From the NCBI RefSeq assembly GCF_055900595.2, contig NZ_CM148325.1: a DNA stretch of 64,000 nucleotides. One strand, written 5' to 3'. The position numbers were made by a program, and so were the translations under genes. The notes beneath the pieces are model-generated. The model saw only the letters and a program-made list of their open reading frames with translations, was not told the origin of the DNA and searched no databases. Of this stretch, positions 58,797-64,000 are shown in pieces. Position 1 is the stretch's first letter, and the number at the start of each line of letters is the position of its first letter.

Positions 58797-60992
58797 TTAG
58801 AAACGGAAGGTTGCGGTTGCAACGACCTGACGTTCTGCGCCCCAGTAACATGCATAATCACGATAGCAACTGGAGACATATTCGCGGTCGAACAGGTTAT
58901 TTACGTTAACACCAACAGAAGAACCAGGCATACCGAAACGAGCAAGATCATATTTTATCATTGCATCAACCAAGGTATACCCCCCAACATTGAATGTCTG
59001 ATTGGTCTTATCACCCGTAGTGTAGAAACTTGAGGTGTCGCCAAAATAACGTGCCCCTGCACCAAGACTCAGACCACTAAGAGCTGTTTCGTGGAAAGTG
59101 TAATCTGCCCACAGCGAAGCCATATTTCGGGGGACCTCTGCCGGGCGTTTACCCTTGTACAATGTATCTTTGGTGTATTCAGCATCGGTGTAGCTGTATG
59201 CCGCAGTCACATTGATATTAGCGTTGACAGCTGCTTTAGCCTCAATCTCAAAGCCACGAGAACGAATCTCCCCCCCTTGTACGCTAAACAAAGTATTACT
59301 TGGATCTGCAGTCAGATTTTTGTCTTTCGTTAATTGGAATACCGAGGCAGTGACAGTGACAGGCGTATCTTTTGGTACGTATTTGACACCTGCTTCGTAC
59401 TGCTTACCGCGAGAAGGATCAAACGGTTTACCTTCTTTAGTCGCTCCAGATACTGGCTCGAAGGATTCGCTATAACTGAAATAAGGTGAAATACCATTAT
59501 CGAACAGATAATTAATACCACCTCTCCAGGTGAACTGCTGATCGTTAATTTCATCCAAAGAACTCGTTGAACGAGTATAGGTAGAGGTTTTCGCAAAATC
59601 GTAACGACCACCCAGCGTCAATACCCACTTATTCCACTCAGACTGATCCTGAATATAAAGGCCTGTCTGTTCCTGACGGTTAATTACCGCATATGGGAAA
59701 TTGATATTGATATTGGCGTTACCGTACTGTGGATCCGTCATGCTAATCGGATTAGCAGTACCATAGTTTGCATCAATATCGTTACGCATTCGCAGGTAAT
59801 CCACGCCAGTAAGCAAAGTATGCGCTACAGCACCGGTAGCAAAGTTGGACTGTAGTTGCGTATCAACAGTAAACGAATTTAAATCTTCGTCTGAACGTAC
59901 ATAAGCACGGCTAATTTGCGCTGGCGCGATGTAACCATTGCCATATACTGCATCGTAGAGTGTATGAATGCGGGTATAGCGCAGATTCTGACGTACAGTA
60001 AAAGTATCATTAAATTCATGAGCAAAACTGTAGCCAATTAATTGTTGACGACGAGACATCTTATTATCTTTCTCGCCTTCATTGAAATCTGTTGGCAATT
60101 TGTGCCAGCTACCATTTGCATCCTGATAGGGAACAACAGTTCCCTGGCGCGGTAACCAACCATAATAGCCCGCATCGGGATCACTCTGGAAATTACTCAG
60201 GAAAGTGAAATCCGTTTTATCATCAGGACGCCAACTGAATGAGGGAGCAACTGCATACCTTGTAGTTTTTGCGTACTTTTGTTGCGCATCCTGACTACGT
60301 CCTAATCCCGTCAAACGATATGACCAAACGCCATCATCATCTATTGCATCACTAAAATCGAATCCGGTCTGCCAAAGATTATCCGTTCCCATTTTGAACT
60401 GGATCTCTTTAATCGGATCCGTTGAAGGCCGTTTGCTTACCATGCTCACTACTCCGCCCGGATGGCTTTTACCATACAGTACGGATACTGGGCCACGGAG
60501 TAATTCCACACGCTCAAGGAAATAAGGATCAATAGAGGCTTCAGAGTAGTTATCCCCCTGAAGTTTTAAGCCATCCAGATATTGGTTAGTATTTACTGTA
60601 CTGGCTGTAGTAAATCCACGTATAGAAACAACATCATACGTTGTTGAACTACCACGCGTTGAAAAGACACTTGGCGTATAATCCAGAGCTTCTTTTACCG
60701 TTGCGGGTTGTTTGATATCCATCTCTTCCCGGGTCACAACCGAAATAGACTGCGGCGTTTTTTCAATTGGTGTATCCGTTTTAGTCGCAGTAGCAGAGTG
60801 CTTCGCCGCAATAGTTGCAGCTGGCCCCCATGCGCTTTCTTGCGGCGCTGGTGCAGCGGTAACGGTGATAGTGTCTTCTTTCGGTTCAACCGCTGCCTGT
60901 GCATAAACAGACATGCCGCTAACCGCTGTGGCTACTACAACTGCGATTTTACGCAGTGAGTGTTTTGGCTGAGCAGTTTTGGAACGCGCCAT
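58797..60992 (-). CDS. fhuA: TonB-dependent ferrichrome outer-membrane transporter FhuA, divergent mosaic allele
   Basis: 731-aa ORF. The first ~62 residues (signal peptide, TonB-box DTITV) and last ~11 residues (AERQVVATATFRF) match K-12 FhuA as I recall it; the interior is clearly homologous but heavily substituted and 16 aa shorter, and its DNA is AT-rich. Confidence 0.9.
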   Translation of the reverse strand: MARSKTAQPKHSLRKIAVVVATAVSGMSVYAQAAVEPKEDTITVTAAPAPQESAWGPAATIAAKHSATATKTDTPIEKTPQSISVVTREEMDIKQPATVKEALDYTPSVFSTRGSSTTYDVVSIRGFTTASTVNTNQYLDGLKLQGDNYSEASIDPYFLERVELLRGPVSVLYGKSHPGGVVSMVSKRPSTDPIKEIQFKMGTDNLWQTGFDFSDAIDDDGVWSYRLTGLGRSQDAQQKYAKTTRYAVAPSFSWRPDDKTDFTFLSNFQSDPDAGYYGWLPRQGTVVPYQDANGSWHKLPTDFNEGEKDNKMSRRQQLIGYSFAHEFNDTFTVRQNLRYTRIHTLYDAVYGNGYIAPAQISRAYVRSDEDLNSFTVDTQLQSNFATGAVAHTLLTGVDYLRMRNDIDANYGTANPISMTDPQYGNANININFPYAVINRQEQTGLYIQDQSEWNKWVLTLGGRYDFAKTSTYTRSTSSLDEINDQQFTWRGGINYLFDNGISPYFSYSESFEPVSGATKEGKPFDPSRGKQYEAGVKYVPKDTPVTVTASVFQLTKDKNLTADPSNTLFSVQGGEIRSRGFEIEAKAAVNANINVTAAYSYTDAEYTKDTLYKGKRPAEVPRNMASLWADYTFHETALSGLSLGAGARYFGDTSSFYTTGDKTNQTFNVGGYTLVDAMIKYDLARFGMPGSSVGVNVNNLFDREYVSSCYRDYACYWGAERQVVATATFRF

Positions 60993-61014
60993 TGGTATAT
61001 CTCTGATGTAAAGT

Positions 61015-61065
61015 GAATGATAACGTAAACGAGAATGATTATTATAAAGATGAGATAATATTCGA
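61015..61065 (-). promoter_or_regulatory. Fur-box region in the fhuA promoter
   Basis: Clustered GATAAT-type hexamers (TGATAACG, GAGAATGATTATTATAA, GATAATATT) 25-75 nt upstream of the fhuA start. Confidence 0.55.
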
Positions 61066-61171
61066 AACGCTGGCGGGTTCGCAAGCGGTACGCAATCTGA
61101 GCATTCCTGAGGGGTTAATAAACAATCAGATGAAAAGAAAGGGTTAATACTTTGGGTAGGATGTTATTTTA

Positions 61172-61194
61172 CCGGATGGCGACTCGCCATCCGG
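61172..61194. other. Palindrome downstream of mrcB
   Basis: CCGGATGGCG-A-CTCGCCATCCGG 10-bp inverted repeat; no U tract in the mrcB transcript sense. Confidence 0.35.
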
Positions 61195-61211
61195 TATGTC
61201 ACGCTTAGACG

Positions 61212-63746
61212 TTAATTACTACCAAACATATCCTTGATCCAACCTGCTACGCCGTCACTGTCTTTCTGCTCTTGCTGAGCAGGTTGCTGTTGCGGTTGTT
61301 GCTGCGGCTGAGAAGACTGATCAAACGGATTGCCTGACGGTTGCTGCTGAATCTCACTCTGCTGGCACAGCGATTGCGGATCGCTGGTCCAGACCGGCAA
61401 GACACGCATGCCACCGCTGCAGACAAAGTTGCCGTCGTAGTCCACGCCCATATCTGCAATATCTTCTGGTGGAACAAGATTCAGCGGTGTTGGTGTCTGG
61501 TTAGCCAGATAACGCTGATAAATCGACATTGCCCCACTGGCACCATACAGTTTGGTCGGCTGGTTGTTATCACGGCCTACCCAGGTGATGGTCACCGTGC
61601 TGCCGTCAATGCCCGCAAACCAGGTATCCACGTTGTTGTTGGTAGTCCCGGTTTTGCCCGCCAGATGCAGGTTCGGGTATTTCGCCCCAAGCTGACGACC
61701 CGTACCGCGTTGTACCACCTGCTGCATGGTCCATAGTGTCAGATACGCCGCCTGCGCCGGAACCGCGCGTTCCGCCTGCGGGAAGCTCTGATACAACACC
61801 TTGCCATCTTCCGCGATTACCGAACGCAGCGCAGAAAGCGGTGCTCGGTTACCACCGCTGGCGATGGTCTGGAACGCCTGCGCCACTTCAATTGGCGTTA
61901 AGTTCAACGCCCCCAGCAGCATTGCCGGAACCGGATGCAGCTGATCTTTCGGTACGCCCAGTTTAATCCAGGTATCCGTAACCGCAGGCAGCCCCAGCGC
62001 CATCCCCAGATTTACCGTCGGCACGTTCATCGAACGAGTCAACGCATCCACCAGCATCACTCTGCCACTTTCGCTATAACGACGATCATCGTTCTGCGGT
62101 GACCAGACCTGGCCATTCGGCTGACGCAGCGCGATTGGCGCATCGGCAATCCACGTGTTCAGGCGATAGATTTTCGGCTGGCTTAAGGCCGTCAGATAAG
62201 TCGCTGGTTTTGCAAGGGAACCAATCGAACGACGCGCCTGCATCGCACGGTTGTAACCTGCAAACTGCGGCTCAGAACCACCAACCATCGCACGAACTTC
62301 ACCACTAAAGCGGTCGACGACCACAATTGCCGTTTCCAGATCGCTTAACTTACGCTGTTTCTTCAGTGCCGGAATGCCTTCCACGGCGGCTTTTTCCGCC
62401 GCGTCCTGAGCCACCGAGTCAAAGGTAGTGAAGATCTTCACGCCGGAGAGATCTTTTACCTTATCGCCTAATTTCGCCTGCAGCTCCTGACGCACCAGTT
62501 GCATAAAGGCTGGCTGTGGAGAGATTACCCCACCACGCGGCTGAACCCCCAGCGGACGTGCACTCAACATGTCATAGAGCTCTTGATCAATAATCTGCTG
62601 TTGTTGCAGCAGACGCAGCACCAGGTTACGTCGCTCCAGCGCCAGTTTCGGGTTACGCCACGGGTTGTAGATGGACGCTCCTTTCACCATACCAACCAAC
62701 AGCGCCTGCTGGTCGAGACTCAGCTCTTCTACCGGGCGACCAAAGTAGTACAGGCTCGCCAGCGGGAAACCGCGGATTTCGTTGTCGCCGCTCTGACCGA
62801 GATACACCTCGTTCATATACAGCTCAAGAATGCGGTCTTTGCTGTAACGCGCATCCATGATCAGCGCCATGTAGGCTTCGTTCGCTTTACGCCAGTAAGA
62901 ACGTTCGCTGGAGAGGAACAGGTTTTTCACCAACTGTTGCGTCAGCGTACTCGCCCCCTGTACCGTGCGTCCGGCGGTCAGGTTTGCCAGCACCGCACGT
63001 CCGATGGAGTAGAGACTGATCCCATCATGCTCGTAGAAATGACGGTCTTCTGTCGCCAGCAAAGTATCCACCAGCAAATCCGGGAAACCACTGCGCGGCA
63101 CAAACAAACGCTGCTCACCGTTTGGCGAAGAGATCATGGTGATCAGACGCGGATCAAGACGGAAGAAACCAAACTGACGGTTGTTCTCCATATTGACGAT
63201 CGTCGACAGGTGATCGCCATCAAAGGTCAGACGCGCACGCACCTGCCCTTCTTTACTGTCCGGGAAATCAAACGGACGGCGGATCATCTCAATGCTGTTG
63301 GCCTGCACGGTAAATTCGCCAGGACGGGTCATTTTTGACACCTGACGATACTGGGTCGCCTCCAGCAGCTTCACCATCTCGTTCTTGCTGATGGTCATGT
63401 CTGGCTCAAGGTTGACCATTCGGCCATAAACAGCCGCAGGCAATTGCCAGACTTTGCCATCAATACGGCTACGAATTTTTTGATCGAGATAAACACCGTA
63501 AATGGCGATCAGCACGGCAAAAACGATAGCCAGTTTTAGCAGCAGCCATAGCCAGCCGCGTTTGCCACGAGGCTTACGCCCTTTGCCTTTGCCCTTACCT
63601 TTGCGCGGCATCGGTTCTTCATCCTCATAGTCATCATAATCGTCGTAATCATCGTCATCTTCGTAACGACGACGGCTTACCTTTTGTTTGACCGGACGCG
63701 TCGGTTTCCCTTTGCGTCCAATTGGCTCGCGGTCATTCCCGGCCAT
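61212..63746 (-). CDS. mrcB: Penicillin-binding protein 1B (bifunctional glycosyltransferase/transpeptidase)
   Basis: ORF track 61212..63761; start placed at [14 protein letters not shown] (844 aa); acidic/basic cytoplasmic tail, TM helix, transpeptidase motifs, Gln-rich C-terminus. Confidence 0.95.
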   Translation of the reverse strand: MAGNDREPIGRKGKPTRPVKQKVSRRRYEDDDDYDDYDDYEDEEPMPRKGKGKGKGRKPRGKRGWLWLLLKLAIVFAVLIAIYGVYLDQKIRSRIDGKVWQLPAAVYGRMVNLEPDMTISKNEMVKLLEATQYRQVSKMTRPGEFTVQANSIEMIRRPFDFPDSKEGQVRARLTFDGDHLSTIVNMENNRQFGFFRLDPRLITMISSPNGEQRLFVPRSGFPDLLVDTLLATEDRHFYEHDGISLYSIGRAVLANLTAGRTVQGASTLTQQLVKNLFLSSERSYWRKANEAYMALIMDARYSKDRILELYMNEVYLGQSGDNEIRGFPLASLYYFGRPVEELSLDQQALLVGMVKGASIYNPWRNPKLALERRNLVLRLLQQQQIIDQELYDMLSARPLGVQPRGGVISPQPAFMQLVRQELQAKLGDKVKDLSGVKIFTTFDSVAQDAAEKAAVEGIPALKKQRKLSDLETAIVVVDRFSGEVRAMVGGSEPQFAGYNRAMQARRSIGSLAKPATYLTALSQPKIYRLNTWIADAPIALRQPNGQVWSPQNDDRRYSESGRVMLVDALTRSMNVPTVNLGMALGLPAVTDTWIKLGVPKDQLHPVPAMLLGALNLTPIEVAQAFQTIASGGNRAPLSALRSVIAEDGKVLYQSFPQAERAVPAQAAYLTLWTMQQVVQRGTGRQLGAKYPNLHLAGKTGTTNNNVDTWFAGIDGSTVTITWVGRDNNQPTKLYGASGAMSIYQRYLANQTPTPLNLVPPEDIADMGVDYDGNFVCSGGMRVLPVWTSDPQSLCQQSEIQQQPSGNPFDQSSQPQQQPQQQPAQQEQKDSDGVAGWIKDMFGSN

Positions 63747-63839
63747 GCTTTTTCTCCGCAATATTCAGGCGCAAAAGCCCGATTTTCTGTTCTTCTGTAA
63801 CAAGACAGAAGAAGATATCTCTCAAATTTACTTTGGTCT

Positions 63840-64000
63840 TCATGAATACTTTTTCGTCCGTCGCGTCGGTGCGGTATTTGCCGGATCATCCGGCCAGACG
63901 TGTTTGGGATAACGCCCTTTCATCTCTTTTTGCACATCGCGATACGCTCCTTTCCAGAAGGCGCTCAAATCTCGTGTGATTTGCAGCGGCCTTTGGGCAG
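63840..64000 (-). CDS. hrpB: Probable 3' end of ATP-dependent RNA helicase gene hrpB (partial, enters from window edge)
   Basis: Minus-strand frame open for 53 codons from the window edge to a TGA at 63840-63842 (…[29 protein letters not shown]); hrpB precedes mrcB in K-12. The exact stop is uncertain: the spacing to mrcB differs from what I recall. Confidence 0.5.
   Translation of the reverse strand, partial: AQRPLQITRDLSAFWKGAYRDVQKEMKGRYPKHVWPDDPANTAPTRRTKKYS

Noticed and set aside
58797-60992. Possibility that the divergent fhuA is a pseudogene or misassembly
   Set aside because: The frame is intact for 731 codons with signal peptide, TonB-box, barrel-like C-terminus ending in Phe, and clean in-frame junctions to native flanks.

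Overview
The window is a contiguous block of Escherichia coli-type core chromosome, in reverse orientation relative to the usual K-12 map. It opens inside the 23S gene of an rRNA operon, which I assign to rrnH from its spacer tRNAs (Ile-GAU, Ala-UGC) and the flanking gmhB. It then runs through metNIQ, rcsF, trmO, proS, yaeF, nlpE-arfB-yaeQ, yaeP-rof, tilS, yaeR, ldcC, accA-dnaE-rnhB-lpxB-lpxA-fabZ-lpxD-skp-bamA-rseP-cdsA-uppS-dxr-frr-pyrH-tsf-rpsB, map-glnD-dapD, yaeI, yaeH, cdaR, degP, dgt, mtn-btuF-yadS, erpA, clcA, hemL, fhuBDCA, mrcB and the probable 3' end of hrpB. Gene order, gene lengths and nearly all intergenic spacings match what I recall for K-12. I see no integrase, transposase, CRISPR array, prophage or defence-island content, and I did not find a convincing novel multi-gene system. 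The one clearly atypical segment is fhuA: its ends and promoter are native, but about 2 kb of its interior is low-GC and highly divergent from the K-12 protein as I recall it, consistent with a mosaic phage/colicin receptor allele. The remaining observations are regulatory sites and repeats (rrn promoters, MetJ, sigma-E and Fur sites, REP/BIME, ERIC, terminators). All comparisons to K-12 are from memory, not from a database search.
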